Positions 29,819-40,545 are shown, numbered from the stretch's first letter. The stretch is DNA of 64,000 nucleotides from Rhizomicrobium sp. (GCA_035524815.1 DATKOE010000019.1:2177-66176); one strand, 5' to 3'. Program-made: numbers and translations. Notes: generated from the sequence alone by a model not told the origin.

Positions 29819-32512
29819 ATGAACGCCCCCGGCCTGCAACTCGACAGCCACGAAACCATCCGCCTCCTCGGCCGCATCCTGGGCGCCGTGATCCGCGAGC
29901 AGTACGGCCAGGACCCGGAAAGCCTGAAGCGCGGCCAGGCCGACTACGAGATCGTCGAAGGCCTGCGCCGCCAGGCGGTGGGCGAGCACCGCGGCGGCGC
30001 CGGCGAGGTTCCGCTCGATCAGCGGCTCAGCCGGCTGTCGCCGCATGAAACCGCCGTCCTCATCCGCGCTTTTTCGATCTTCTCCCAGCTCGCCAACATC
30101 GCCGACGATCACGTTGCGCGCAACGACCAGGGTCCGGGACCGCTGCGCCAGCTCGAACATCATGCCGGCGTGAACGCCAGGAACGTCGGGGCGTATCTTT
30201 CGCGCGCGCTGCTGTCGCCGGTGATCACCGCGCATCCCACCGAAGTGCGCCGCAAATCGATCCTCGACCGCGAGGCCGACATCGCGGACCTGCTGGTCAG
30301 GCTCGATTCCGCCAACCTGCACGAAGGCGAGGGCGACGAGATCGAGGCCCAGTTGAAGCGCGAAATCCGCACCCTGTGGCAGACGCGCATGTTCCGCGCC
30401 GTGCGCATCCACGTGACCGACGAAATCGAGAACGCGGTGGCGGTTTTCGCACGCACGTTCCTCACCCAGCTTCCCTTGGTGAAGCGCCGGATTGCGCGAC
30501 TTTACGGGCTCAACGGCGCGGTGGTGTCCTACCTCAAGCCGGGCTCCTGGGTGGGCGGCGACCGCGACGGCAATTCCTTCGTCACGGCCGAGACGCTCGA
30601 ATACGCGCTGCGCCGCCAGGCCGAGATCGTGCTCGACCACTATCTGCGCGAGGTCAACACGCTCGGCAGCGAGTTGTCGCTGGCCGACGAGTTCGTGAGA
30701 ACGAGCGCGGCGCTGAAGAAGCTCGCCGCGGCGCCCGAGCACACCTCGCGCCACCAGCTGGACGAGCCCTACCGGCGCGCGCTCATCACCTGCTATTCGC
30801 GCCTTTCCGCCACACGCACGCGGCTCGTCGGACGCGGCCCCGCTCTGGCGCCGCGTTTCGAGGCGGAAGCGTATCCCCGCCCCGAGGACTTCGAAGCCGA
30901 TCTGACCGCGATTGTCGACTCCCTCAAGGACAACGGCGATGCCGATCTGGCGGAGGGGCGGCTGCTGAACCTGCGCGAAGCCGTGGGTGCCTTCGGCTTC
31001 CATCTGGCCGTCATGGATCTGCGCCAGAACTCGGCTGTGCACGAAGAGGTGCTCGGCGAATTGCTCTCGACCGCGGGGGCGGTCTCCTCCTACGCGGGAT
31101 TGCGCGAACCGGACCGCGTCAGCCTGCTGCTGGACGAGCTTTCCGGCCCGCGGCTCCTGCGCTCGCCCTACCGCAGCTACTCGGAGGCGACGGAGCGTGA
31201 GCTTGCCATCGGCGACAAGGCGGCCGAACTGCACCGGCATTTCGGCGCGGGCGCCATCGCCAATTACGTGATTTCGCGCACCGAGAGCGTTTCCGATCTG
31301 CTCGAGACCGCCGCCCTGATGAAGGAATCGGGGTTGTTCACCCCGGGCGAAGTCCCCCGCGCCGCGTTGCGCATCGTTCCCTTGTTCGAAACCGTCGCCG
31401 ATTTGCGCGCCGGCACCGACATCATGCGCGCCTGGTTCTCGCAGCCGTTCGTGCGCCGGCTGCTCGAAGGGCAGGGCTCGGTCCAGGAGGTGATGATCGG
31501 CTATTCCGATTCCAACAAGGACGGCGGCTATTTCACTTCGAACTGGGAGATCCGTTCCGCCGTCACGGGTCTGACCGAGCTCGGCATCCAGAACGGCATT
31601 TCGATGCGCTTCTTCCACGGTCGCGGCGGCGCGGTGGGGCGCGGGGGCGGTTCCAGCTTCGACGCCATCCGGGCGCTGCCGTGCGAGACGTCGGCCACTG
31701 GCATCCGCATCACCGAGCAGGGCGAAGTCGTGTCGGCCAAGTACGGCGATCCCGAAATCGGCCGCAAGAGCCTGGAAACCATGATCGTGGCCACGCTGCT
31801 TTCGGAGCTGAACCACGAAACCGACGCCGCCGACGGCGAAGCCGCCGTCATGCTCTCGGTGATGAGCGAGGCCGCCTACCGCGCCTATCGCGCGCTGGTC
31901 TACGAAACGCCCGGTTTCGAGAACTACTTCGGCCAGTCAACCCCGCTGCCGGAAATCTCCGACTTGAAGATCGGCAGCCGTCCCGCTTCGCGCACGTCGT
32001 CGACGCGAATCGAGGATCTGCGGGCGATCCCCTGGGTGTTCTCGTGGTCGCAGGCGCGCGTCATGCTGCCGGGCTGGTTCGGCTTCGGCACGGCCGCGCG
32101 CGAGACGGGAATCGAATCGCTCAGGCCGCTCTACCGGACGTCGCCGTTCTTCCGCACGACCATTTCGAACATGGAGATGGTGTTGGCAAAATCGAGTCTC
32201 GCCATCGCCAGGCGCTATTCCGGCCTGGTGGACGACCAGGCGCTGGCGCGCAGCGTGTTCGCGCGGATCGAGCAGGAATGGCACGCCACCGTCGAGGCGA
32301 TCCTGGCCCTCAGCGAGCAGTCGGCGCTGCTCGAGCGCAGTCCCAAGTTGAGGAACTCGATCCGGCTCAGGCTGCCCTACATCGATGCGCTGAACCACCT
32401 GCAGGTGGACCTGCTGCGCCGCCGGCGCGCCGGCGACGACAGCGAGGCCACATCGCGCGCCATCCACATGTCGATCAACGGCGTCTCCGCGGGCTTGCGC
32501 AACAGCGGTTAA
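29819..32512 (+). CDS. ppc: phosphoenolpyruvate carboxylase
   Basis: VITAHPTE, WVGGDRDGN, VPLFET, EVMIGYSDSNKDGG, FHGRGG.VGRGGG, LRAIPWVFSWSQ, C-terminal GLRNSG. Confidence 0.97.
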   Translation: MNAPGLQLDSHETIRLLGRILGAVIREQYGQDPESLKRGQADYEIVEGLRRQAVGEHRGGAGEVPLDQRLSRLSPHETAVLIRAFSIFSQLANIADDHVARNDQGPGPLRQLEHHAGVNARNVGAYLSRALLSPVITAHPTEVRRKSILDREADIADLLVRLDSANLHEGEGDEIEAQLKREIRTLWQTRMFRAVRIHVTDEIENAVAVFARTFLTQLPLVKRRIARLYGLNGAVVSYLKPGSWVGGDRDGNSFVTAETLEYALRRQAEIVLDHYLREVNTLGSELSLADEFVRTSAALKKLAAAPEHTSRHQLDEPYRRALITCYSRLSATRTRLVGRGPALAPRFEAEAYPRPEDFEADLTAIVDSLKDNGDADLAEGRLLNLREAVGAFGFHLAVMDLRQNSAVHEEVLGELLSTAGAVSSYAGLREPDRVSLLLDELSGPRLLRSPYRSYSEATERELAIGDKAAELHRHFGAGAIANYVISRTESVSDLLETAALMKESGLFTPGEVPRAALRIVPLFETVADLRAGTDIMRAWFSQPFVRRLLEGQGSVQEVMIGYSDSNKDGGYFTSNWEIRSAVTGLTELGIQNGISMRFFHGRGGAVGRGGGSSFDAIRALPCETSATGIRITEQGEVVSAKYGDPEIGRKSLETMIVATLLSELNHETDAADGEAAVMLSVMSEAAYRAYRALVYETPGFENYFGQSTPLPEISDLKIGSRPASRTSSTRIEDLRAIPWVFSWSQARVMLPGWFGFGTAARETGIESLRPLYRTSPFFRTTISNMEMVLAKSSLAIARRYSGLVDDQALARSVFARIEQEWHATVEAILALSEQSALLERSPKLRNSIRLRLPYIDALNHLQVDLLRRRRAGDDSEATSRAIHMSINGVSAGLRNSG

Positions 32513-32958
32513 GCGGGTTCGGGTTCAGGTTCCGGCTCCTCCTCGTCGTAGCCATAATCGGAAGCGGGCCGGCTCTGCGCCAGTTGCCTGGCGAGATTGA
32601 GGATCGCGCGCCGGTGTCTGGGCGAGGTGATGGCCGAATACGCTTCCAGAAGCTCGGCCGCGCCAGGCTCGTTCAAGCGCACCATGTGCTCCGTGAACAG
32701 GCTGGAACGCGGTGCGGTGTCCAGATCGCCGACCAGATCCATCACGCCGCACGAAAGCGCGCGCGCGATTTCAACCAGCCGCGAGAAGCTCACGCGGTTG
32801 CTGCCGTGCTCGTATTTCTGCACCTGTTGGAAGGTTATGCCGACTTCGCGCGCAAGCTGTTCCTGCGACAGTCCCAGTTCCCGCCGCCGCAAGCGGATGC
32901 GCGAACCCAGCGCCACATCAAGCGGATTCGGGGTGCCGTTCTCCGTATTCCTCGACAT
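32509..32958 (-). CDS. XRE-family HTH transcriptional regulator
   Basis: LGSRIRLRRRELGLSQEQLAREVGITFQQVQKYEHGSNRVS, the typical alphaproteobacterial XRE pattern. Confidence 0.92.
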   Translation of the reverse strand: MSRNTENGTPNPLDVALGSRIRLRRRELGLSQEQLAREVGITFQQVQKYEHGSNRVSFSRLVEIARALSCGVMDLVGDLDTAPRSSLFTEHMVRLNEPGAAELLEAYSAITSPRHRRAILNLARQLAQSRPASDYGYDEEEPEPEPEPA

Positions 32959-33392
32959 TGTCAAATGCCTTTGTCCGTTCGTTGTCTAACCTCTCCCTCT
33001 TGCCGTTCGCATCTCTTCGCCGTCCCTCACGGCGCCCCTTCGTGCAGCCGTCAGTTGAAGCGAACTTAGGGTAATTTTCATTCCAAATTGCGCCGCGAGG
33101 TTAACCGGCCTTTGTCGTGCAACTATAACGGCACCCCAGCATGATGCTCGCCAGGCGCGAACTTTGCCGCTATCGGTCAGTTGCCAGCGCTTCCCGTTCG
33201 CATCGGCATTCCGGCATGCGCGCGGCCGCGCTTAACCAAGCCGCCTGTTCCGAATTGAAACCGGCCGGCCGGGCTTGTGCCGGCAAGGCTCAACGATGAG
33301 CAGCAGGCGTCGCGAAGTGAGACGCTTCCGAGCCGGAAGGCTGGCTCGCCTCGTGCAGCCGCTAGGTCCCGAAGTCTTTTTGCGGGACCGCC

Positions 33393-34130
33393 GTGAGCAC
33401 GCACCAGAAGCAGGACGCCATCAGCTTCACCGGCGCGGAAGTCGTCGACTTCGCGCTCGCCGAGCTGCCGCCGTTCTTCACGCTTCTGCCCGCCGGCACC
33501 GAGGCGCGCTTCGTGCCGGTCAACACCGATGCAAACTGGGGTTGCGGAGCGCTCAAGCGCACGCTCGACTTGATCGTGGCGGTGCCGGCGCTGCTCCTGC
33601 TCGCCCCTCTGTTCGCGGCGATCGCTTTGCTGATCCGCCTCGATTCCCGCGGACCCGCGCTGTTCCGCCAGAAGCGCAACGGCATCTGCGGCCGTCCGTT
33701 CGGCATCCTCAAATTCCGCACCATGAACGTGCTGGAGGATGGCGAAACCATCGTCCAGGCGCGTGAAAGCGATCCGCGCGTCACGCGCGTGGGCCGCTGG
33801 TTGCGCCGCTACAGCCTCGACGAGCTGCCGCAGCTCATCAATGTCATCGCCGGCGATATGTCGCTGGTCGGTCCGCGCCCCCACGCGCAGGCCCATGATT
33901 CCCATTACGGCGCGATGATCCGCCAATACCGCCACCGCCAGGCGGTGAAGCCGGGCATGACCGGCTGGGCGCAGGTCAACGGCCACCGCGGCCCGACGCC
34001 GACTGTCGAACTGATGGCGCGCCGGATCGACCTCGACCTTTGGTACGCGCGCCACGCAAGCCTGGCGCTCGATGTCGAGATCCTCCTCCGCACGCCGCTC
34101 GAAGTTTTCCGCCACAGGAACGCCTGCTGA
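33393..34130 (+). CDS. priming polyprenyl-phosphate sugar transferase (Bac_transf; WcaJ/HfsE C-domain type)
   Basis: LKRTLDL, GPALFRQKR, KFRTM, DPRVTRVG, SLDELPQL, MSLVGPRP, VKPGMTGWAQV. GTG start uncertain. Confidence 0.93.
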   Translation: MSTHQKQDAISFTGAEVVDFALAELPPFFTLLPAGTEARFVPVNTDANWGCGALKRTLDLIVAVPALLLLAPLFAAIALLIRLDSRGPALFRQKRNGICGRPFGILKFRTMNVLEDGETIVQARESDPRVTRVGRWLRRYSLDELPQLINVIAGDMSLVGPRPHAQAHDSHYGAMIRQYRHRQAVKPGMTGWAQVNGHRGPTPTVELMARRIDLDLWYARHASLALDVEILLRTPLEVFRHRNAC

Positions 34131-34957
34131 TGAGTGCGCACGCCCTTCCCACCGCCGAACCGCGCCGGACCGAACGCCGCTCCGGCGCGCGCGTCTATAG
34201 CCGGGTCACGGTCGGAGGCATCGCCACCGCCTGCGTGTCGCGCCGCCAACTCGGCGGCCTGATGGTCGGCGATTGTCTGGCCGCGCGCGGCGGGCGCCGC
34301 TCGCCGCGGCTGGTGTTCGCCTCCAACGGCCATGCGATCGCGATGGCGGCGGTGGATTCGGAGTTCCGCGCGACCTTCGGCAAGGCCGATCTGATCCATG
34401 CCGACGGCGAGCCGGTGGTCGTCGCCTCCAGGCTTTTCACCCACACGCCCGTTCCCGAACGCAGCGCCACCACGGATTTCCTGTTCGACGCCGCCAACGC
34501 GGCGCGGGAATTCGGCCTTAAATTCTACCTGCTCGGCTCAACGGAAGAGATCAATGCCCGCGCCGCCGCCGCGCTCGCCAAGGCCTATCCGGGCGTGGAG
34601 ATCGTGGGCCGCCGCAACGGCTATTTCCGCCCCGAGGACGAAGCGGCAGTGTGCGAGGAGATCAACGCCTCGGGCGCCGACGTCGTGTGGGTCGGCCTCG
34701 GCGTGCCCAAGGAATACGAGTTCTGCACGCGCAACAAGGCGCGCTTGAAGGCCGGCTGGAGCGTGACCTGCGGCGGTTGCTTCAACTTCGCCGCCGGCGA
34801 CTATGTCCGCGCGCCGCAGTGGATGCAGAGAAACGGCCTGGAGTGGCTGCACCGGCTGCTGCGCGAACCTCGCCGCCTGTTCTGGCGCTATCTCGTCACC
34901 AACCCGATCGCGATCGCCATGCTGCTGCTGCGCACGCGCGGCGCCGCTGCGGCGTGA
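34130..34957 (+). CDS. WecB/TagA/CpsF family glycosyltransferase (GT26)
   Basis: ADGEPVV, FYLLGS, VGRRNGYF, WVGLGVPK, RAPQWMQRNGLEWLHRLLREPRRL. Confidence 0.92.
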   Translation: MSAHALPTAEPRRTERRSGARVYSRVTVGGIATACVSRRQLGGLMVGDCLAARGGRRSPRLVFASNGHAIAMAAVDSEFRATFGKADLIHADGEPVVVASRLFTHTPVPERSATTDFLFDAANAAREFGLKFYLLGSTEEINARAAAALAKAYPGVEIVGRRNGYFRPEDEAAVCEEINASGADVVWVGLGVPKEYEFCTRNKARLKAGWSVTCGGCFNFAAGDYVRAPQWMQRNGLEWLHRLLREPRRLFWRYLVTNPIAIAMLLLRTRGAAAA

Positions 34958-36246
34958 GCACCGCCATGTCGGCCGCGGGACAGATTGCAGGCGCCGAAAG
35001 CCGGCTCGCGCTTCTGTGGCGCACCGGCTACCGCTACGGCCTGTCGTCGCTGGGGCCGGTCGCCGTGTCGGCGGCGCATTTCGTCGCGTCGGTCCTGTTC
35101 CTCAGGATGCTCAAGCCCCACGACTTCGGGCAGTTCTCGTTCCTGATGATCGTGGTGCCGTTCTGCCTCGGGGCGTCCGGTTCGCTCCTGGGGGCGCCGG
35201 CCTTCCTCACCCGCGGCAAGGACGATGCCACGGCGCGCGCCGAGATTTTCACGCTCAGGAAGGCGAGTCTCGTGGTCGCGCTGCTGGCGGGCATCGCGGT
35301 TGCGGCGCTGATGGCCTCGACGCAGGCGAGTGTCGCAACCACGCTCCTGTTCGGGCTCTACGGATCGCTGCAGACCGTCCGCGGCTTCGCCCGCAGCCTG
35401 TCCAACCTGCAGGGCCGCATCGAGGACGTTGCGGCATCCGACGTCTTTTACGGCGGATTGCTGGTGACGGGCCTTGCGGCGCTTGCGGTTTCCGGGGGGC
35501 TCACGATGCACAACGCCGCGGTGGTTCTGGTGTTCGCGACCGCCGCCGCGATGATCCCGTTCGGCGCCGATCATCTGTTCGAACTGGCCAGGGCCGCCGC
35601 GGCACCCACGCTGAAGGCCTACGTCCCATTGTGGCGCGACGTGAGCCGGTGGTCGCTGCTCGGCGTGGTCCTGACCGAAGTCGCAGCCAACGCGCACGCC
35701 TATCTGGTGACGTTCGTCTCCGGACCCGGCGCTTTCGGCCTCTTGGCGCTGGGCGCCCTGTTCATGCGGCCGGCGTCCCTGGTGCTCGGCGCTCTTCCCG
35801 ACATCGACCAGCCGGTCATGGCCCGGCGCATCGGCGCGGGCGACCTAAAAGGCGCCTTCCGCGTGGTTAACGAATTTCGAACGGCAACGGGTGCAGTGTT
35901 GGCCGCCACCATCCTTTTGTCGGCCGTGCTCGTGGTCTGGTTTCCGCACCTGTTGCTCAAGCATTACGGCGTACCCGAAGTGCTGGTCGTGCTGGCCTTC
36001 TGGATCGCCGTCACCGCGCTGCGCGTAGTGCGCACGCCCGAGACCGTGTTCCTGCAGGCGACGGGAAGTTATCCGGCGCTGGCGCGGATCAGCGCCTATG
36101 CGGGCGCGGTCACGCTCGCGCTGTGTCTCGTTCTGCTCCTGGCATTCGGGCCGGTTGCCTCGCTGGGCGGCGTGGTGGCCGGCGAGATCGTGATCACCGC
36201 CACGGTTTTCCCGATGACGGCCCGCTGGAGGCGAAGGTTTGCCTGA
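34954..36246 (+). CDS. putative polysaccharide flippase (Wzx-like)
   Basis: About 12 hydrophobic segments, N-terminal LRMLKPHDFGQFS typical of PST transporters; located inside the EPS operon. Confidence 0.72.
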   Translation: MSTAMSAAGQIAGAESRLALLWRTGYRYGLSSLGPVAVSAAHFVASVLFLRMLKPHDFGQFSFLMIVVPFCLGASGSLLGAPAFLTRGKDDATARAEIFTLRKASLVVALLAGIAVAALMASTQASVATTLLFGLYGSLQTVRGFARSLSNLQGRIEDVAASDVFYGGLLVTGLAALAVSGGLTMHNAAVVLVFATAAAMIPFGADHLFELARAAAAPTLKAYVPLWRDVSRWSLLGVVLTEVAANAHAYLVTFVSGPGAFGLLALGALFMRPASLVLGALPDIDQPVMARRIGAGDLKGAFRVVNEFRTATGAVLAATILLSAVLVVWFPHLLLKHYGVPEVLVVLAFWIAVTALRVVRTPETVFLQATGSYPALARISAYAGAVTLALCLVLLLAFGPVASLGGVVAGEIVITATVFPMTARWRRRFA

Positions 36247-37165
36247 GATCGCCATTGCCATCCCGACGTTCAAACGCCCCGCCAGCCTCGGTCGCCTGTT
36301 GGGCGCTCTCGAAAAACTCGAAACCGATGCCCGCGTTCTGGTGCTGGTGGCCGACAACGACGCCGAAACCCACGCGGGCTACGATTTCTGCCGCGCGATC
36401 TGCGCCCGCTACCGCTGGCCGCTCGATCCTCTCGTGGCGGAGGAACGCGGCATTGCCCAGGCCCGCAACGCGCTGGTCAAGGCGGCGCTGCGCTACCCCG
36501 ATGTCCGTCTGCTCGCGATGATCGACGACGACGAATGGCCGTCGCCCAACTGGCTTGCGGAGCTGGTGCGCGTGCAAGCCTCCACCGGCGCGGACGTGGT
36601 GGCGGGCTCCATTCTGTTCGAAGGCGCGCACGAGAAGAGCCGCTGGGCGGCCGGGTTCGACGGCAGTTGCGACATCCGCCGTCCGACCGGACCGGTCGCG
36701 ATGCTGGAAGGCGCGGGCAATCTGCTGGTCACGCGCGCCTGCCTCGACAAGCTCGGCGAGCCCTGGTTCGATCCGGCGTTCGCGCTGTCGGGCGGGGAGG
36801 ATCGCGACTTCTTCGAGCGCGTGAAGGCCGCGGGCGGGCGTTTTGCCTGGGCCGACGAGGCAGTCGCGCGCGGGGCGTTGCCCGAGCGCCGCATGACTCT
36901 CGACTGGGTACTGCGCCGAGCCTACGCCATCGGCAACGCCGACATGCGCATCTTCCTCAAATACCGGCACGAGGCGTCCGCCTGGCTCGCCGAAGGCGCC
37001 AAGATCGCCTCGGCGCTGCTGCTGACGCCGTTGCTGGCGGTGCTGTTGGCAGCCGTGCCCCATCGCGCCGCCGACGCGCTCCGGCGCTTCTTCCGCAACC
37101 TCGGCAAGCTCGCCGCTCTGATGGGCCGGCGCGCCGCTCCCTATGGCGCAAGCCATGGCGACTGA
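36239..37165 (+). CDS. GT2 glycosyltransferase (ExoM-like)
   Basis: IAIPTFKR, VADND, GIAQARN, MIDDDE, GGEDRDFF. Confidence 0.9.
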   Translation: MPEIAIAIPTFKRPASLGRLLGALEKLETDARVLVLVADNDAETHAGYDFCRAICARYRWPLDPLVAEERGIAQARNALVKAALRYPDVRLLAMIDDDEWPSPNWLAELVRVQASTGADVVAGSILFEGAHEKSRWAAGFDGSCDIRRPTGPVAMLEGAGNLLVTRACLDKLGEPWFDPAFALSGGEDRDFFERVKAAGGRFAWADEAVARGALPERRMTLDWVLRRAYAIGNADMRIFLKYRHEASAWLAEGAKIASALLLTPLLAVLLAAVPHRAADALRRFFRNLGKLAALMGRRAAPYGASHGD

Positions 37166-38429
37166 CGCGCTCATCCTCAGGCAATCCCGCGCGCACGATT
37201 GGATCGCGCAAGGCTCGTTCCTTGCCTTCCTGCTGCTCGCCTTCGTGGGATTGTCGCCGTTCTCGCCGCCGCCACCGGCCGCGCTCGCCGGCACGGTGGA
37301 GGCGACAGGAGCGGGCGATGCGCTGCGCCAGGTCTGCTATCTCGCCGTATTCGCCACGATCATGCTCACCGCCTTGCGCCGCCAGGGCGTCGAGGCGTTC
37401 GCCGCGCTTCCGCCGCTCCTGTTAGTGTTACTGCTGTGGTGCGCGGCAAGCGCGTTGTGGTCGCCCGAACCGCTCGTCACCGTGCGCCGCGCGGGGCTTT
37501 CCTTCGTGTTGTTCGTCTCGGCGATTTTCAGCATCGAGATGGTGGGGACGGAAAAGGCTCTGGCGATCTGGCGTTGGGTGCTGCTGGCGATCCTCGCCGT
37601 CAACATCGCTTCGATCAGGTTCGTCGCCACCGCCGTGCATCTGCCGGGCGAAGCCGACGCCCAACTCGTGGGCGACTGGCGCGGACTCTATGCCCACAAG
37701 AACATCGCCGGATCGGTCGGCGCCATGACGGCATTGATTTTCCTGTTCTCGCCGTCGCCGTCGCTGCGCCGCAAGCTGTTCGACATCATCGTGGCCGCCG
37801 CCGCGCTCGCCCTTACCGTGATGACGCGATCAAAGTCCTCGCTGGGCCTGCTCGCGGTCGCGATCGCCGCAGCGGGCGTCTATCGCCTCGCCTGGAAGCG
37901 GGAGATCGACCGCGCCATCGCCGTCGTCGCCGTTACGCTCGCCGCTACCGCCGCCGCCGCGTTCGTCATTGCCGATCAGAACACCATCCTGCGCCTGTTC
38001 GGCGATCCGCAGGAGTTCACCGGGCGCACCGAAATCTGGGGTGCCGAGGTGGCCTTCATCCGCGATCATCTGGCGCTCGGCGCGGGTTTCGGCACTTTTT
38101 CGAACACCGGCGGCGTCTCGCCGCTGCACAATTACGTCGGCAACTGGGTGAGCGAAGCCAGCCACGGCCACAACGGTTATCTGCAGATTCTCGTCACCGT
38201 CGGCGCGGTCGGATTTGTGCTGGCCTTCGCGGCGCTCATCGCGGCCCCGGCGATCGCCTTCTGGCGGCGCGGCGACACGGGCACGAAGGCGCTGCTGTTC
38301 GCGCTGTTCGTCTTCCTGGTGCTGCACAACCTGATGGAAACCGATTTCCTCGAAGGCGACGGCGTCGCCTGGGTCGCCTACCTCATGATGCTCGCCATGC
38401 TCTATCGGCTCGACCGGGTCCGGCCATGA
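37155..38429 (+). CDS. O-antigen ligase/polymerase (Wzy, ExoQ-like)
   Basis: Polytopic membrane protein with WRGLYAHKN, TRSKSS, TGRTEIW, GAGFG, HGHNGYLQ. Confidence 0.88.
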   Translation: MATDALILRQSRAHDWIAQGSFLAFLLLAFVGLSPFSPPPPAALAGTVEATGAGDALRQVCYLAVFATIMLTALRRQGVEAFAALPPLLLVLLLWCAASALWSPEPLVTVRRAGLSFVLFVSAIFSIEMVGTEKALAIWRWVLLAILAVNIASIRFVATAVHLPGEADAQLVGDWRGLYAHKNIAGSVGAMTALIFLFSPSPSLRRKLFDIIVAAAALALTVMTRSKSSLGLLAVAIAAAGVYRLAWKREIDRAIAVVAVTLAATAAAAFVIADQNTILRLFGDPQEFTGRTEIWGAEVAFIRDHLALGAGFGTFSNTGGVSPLHNYVGNWVSEASHGHNGYLQILVTVGAVGFVLAFAALIAAPAIAFWRRGDTGTKALLFALFVFLVLHNLMETDFLEGDGVAWVAYLMMLAMLYRLDRVRP

Positions 38430-39349
38430 CGCCCTTCTTCTCCGTGGTGATTCCCGTCTACAACCGTGCCGATCCGCTGCGCGCCGCCTTGCAGTCGGTG
38501 CTGATGCAGACGGTGCAGGATTTCGAGATCATCGTGGTCGACGACGGCTCGAGCGACGATCCCGAGGCCGTCGTGCGCGAGATCGCCGATTCGCGCGTTG
38601 TCTTCGTGCGCCAGGAGAACCGCGGCGGCGGTGCGGCCCGCAACACCGGCATCGATCGCGCGCGCGGGCGCTACGTCGCTTTCCTCGATTCCGACGACCG
38701 CTTCCTGCCGCATCATCTGTCGGCGATGCGCAAACTGCTCGAGAATTCGCCGGGCACGGCTGGCTATGCCCGCATCGTCGTGGACCGGGGCGAGGGCTGC
38801 ACGCTGCTGAAGCCGCCGCGCGCCATCCGCGAAGGCGAGGACATGGCGACCTACCTGCTCTGCGATCGCGGGTTCCTGCCGACCAGCACCATCGTCACCG
38901 AGACCGCGCTGGCGCGCAGCATCCGTTTCCATGAGAACCTCCCGGCGGCCGAGGACACCGATTTCGCCATCCGCGCCGCGCTCGCCGGCACCCGATTCCT
39001 CATGGCCGCACGGCCCGGCGTGATCTGGAAGGACTTGAGCGACCCCGACCGCCTGTCGGCGGGCCGCCGCTGCGCCGGCATGAAGGCGTGGATCGAGGAG
39101 CTTCGCCCGCGCATCCCGGCGCGTGCCTATTACGGCTGCCTCGGCTGGGCCTACGCCAAGTACGCGGCGATGAACGATCGCGGCAAAGCGCTGACGCTTT
39201 ACCTCAACGCCGTGTTGCGCGGCTGCTACCGGCCCTCGCTCGCAGCCATCATCTTCCTGCAGATATTTCTGTCGGACCGGCAGTATCGCCGCATCGCCGA
39301 CGCCGCCATCACGCGGCTGAATGCCGGCTGGCACAACGCGGAGGCCTAG
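38426..39349 (+). CDS. GT2 glycosyltransferase
   Basis: SVVIPVYNR, VDDGSSD, ARNTG, FLDSDD, AED; ATG overlaps the wzy stop. Confidence 0.92.
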   Translation: MTPFFSVVIPVYNRADPLRAALQSVLMQTVQDFEIIVVDDGSSDDPEAVVREIADSRVVFVRQENRGGGAARNTGIDRARGRYVAFLDSDDRFLPHHLSAMRKLLENSPGTAGYARIVVDRGEGCTLLKPPRAIREGEDMATYLLCDRGFLPTSTIVTETALARSIRFHENLPAAEDTDFAIRAALAGTRFLMAARPGVIWKDLSDPDRLSAGRRCAGMKAWIEELRPRIPARAYYGCLGWAYAKYAAMNDRGKALTLYLNAVLRGCYRPSLAAIIFLQIFLSDRQYRRIADAAITRLNAGWHNAEA

Positions 39350-39354
39350 CGGGC

Positions 39355-40545
39355 GTGGCGAAGATTCTCCTCGCGACCACTGTGAACTGGCCGTCCGCGG
39401 CGCGGCTGGCGGGCGCGTTTGTGGTGCTCGGCGCATGCGTGGAGGCGGTGGCCCCGCGCGAACACGTGCTGGCCGTCAGCCGTTATCCCAAGCACGTGCA
39501 TCGCTACGCGCCGCTCGAACCGCACGCCTCGTTCGCACGCGCGATTTGCGCCGCCGAACCCGACCTTGTCGTGCCCTGCGACGACCGCGCGCTGGCGGTG
39601 CTGCTCGCGCTCGATGGGTTCGAACCGCTGCTGCGCCGTTCGCTGGGGCGCCTCGAAAGCTACGCGGTGCTCATGACCCGAAGCGCTTCCATCGCGGCGG
39701 CGCGCGAAGAAGGCATCGAAGCTCCGCTCACCATCGCCGTCGGCGACGAATCCGAGCTTGCGGAAAGCCTCGATCGCGCAGGTCTTCCGTGCGTGATGAA
39801 AACCGACGCGAGTTGGGGCGGCGGTGGGGTCAGGATCGAGCGGACGCGAGACGAAGCCGAGCGCGCCTACGGCGAACTGAAAGGGCCGCCGCCGCGCCTC
39901 GTCAGCCTGGCACGCGCGTTCCGCCGCCGCGACCTGCACTTCCTGCGCGAGGCGATGTCGCCGCGCCCGGCGCTCGTCAACGTGCAGGCGTTCGTTCCCG
40001 GCAAGCCGGCGACCAGCGTGTTCGCGGCCCGCGACGGCGAGGTGCTCGCCAGCCTCCACATGGGCGTGGTCGACTGGAACGGCGCTACCGGTCCCGCCAG
40101 CCGCATGAAGCGCGTCGACTGCCCCTACATGGAAAGGGCTGCGCGCAAGATCGCGGCGCGATTCGGGTTGAGTGGCCTGCACGGCCTCGATTTTGTGCGC
40201 GATGCGGCGGGCGTGGCCCATCTCATCGAGATCAACCCGCGCGCCACCCAGATCTGCCACCTGGCCCTGACCGCCGATCTGCCCGCGGCCCTGCTGGGCG
40301 TGCGCCCGCGCCCTGCCGTCACCGCAGCCCCGGAGGTCGCGCTGTTTCCGCAGCTCCTGTCCGGTCCGCGCTACGCCTGCGGCGTTTACGAGGACCTTCC
40401 CTGGGACGATCCCGCCGTTCTCCGGGCGGCTGCCAGGGCTGCCGGCGCGACGGCAGAAGGCATTGATACTGTTCTCGAATTCCTGCCGGTCGTACAGGGT
40501 GCGCCCGATTCGGAAGGGCCGGTGTACGGGCGGGCGCAGCGTTAA
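39355..40545 (+). CDS. ATP-grasp domain protein
   Basis: VVPCDD, PCVMKTDASWGGGGV, VQAFVPG, GLDFV, IEINPR; GTG start 5 nt after the previous stop. Confidence 0.85.
   Translation: MAKILLATTVNWPSAARLAGAFVVLGACVEAVAPREHVLAVSRYPKHVHRYAPLEPHASFARAICAAEPDLVVPCDDRALAVLLALDGFEPLLRRSLGRLESYAVLMTRSASIAAAREEGIEAPLTIAVGDESELAESLDRAGLPCVMKTDASWGGGGVRIERTRDEAERAYGELKGPPPRLVSLARAFRRRDLHFLREAMSPRPALVNVQAFVPGKPATSVFAARDGEVLASLHMGVVDWNGATGPASRMKRVDCPYMERAARKIAARFGLSGLHGLDFVRDAAGVAHLIEINPRATQICHLALTADLPAALLGVRPRPAVTAAPEVALFPQLLSGPRYACGVYEDLPWDDPAVLRAAARAAGATAEGIDTVLEFLPVVQGAPDSEGPVYGRAQR

Noticed and set aside
32513-32540. Short tandem repeat at the 3' end of the XRE gene
   Set aside because: Simply encodes the EPEPEPEP low-complexity tail.
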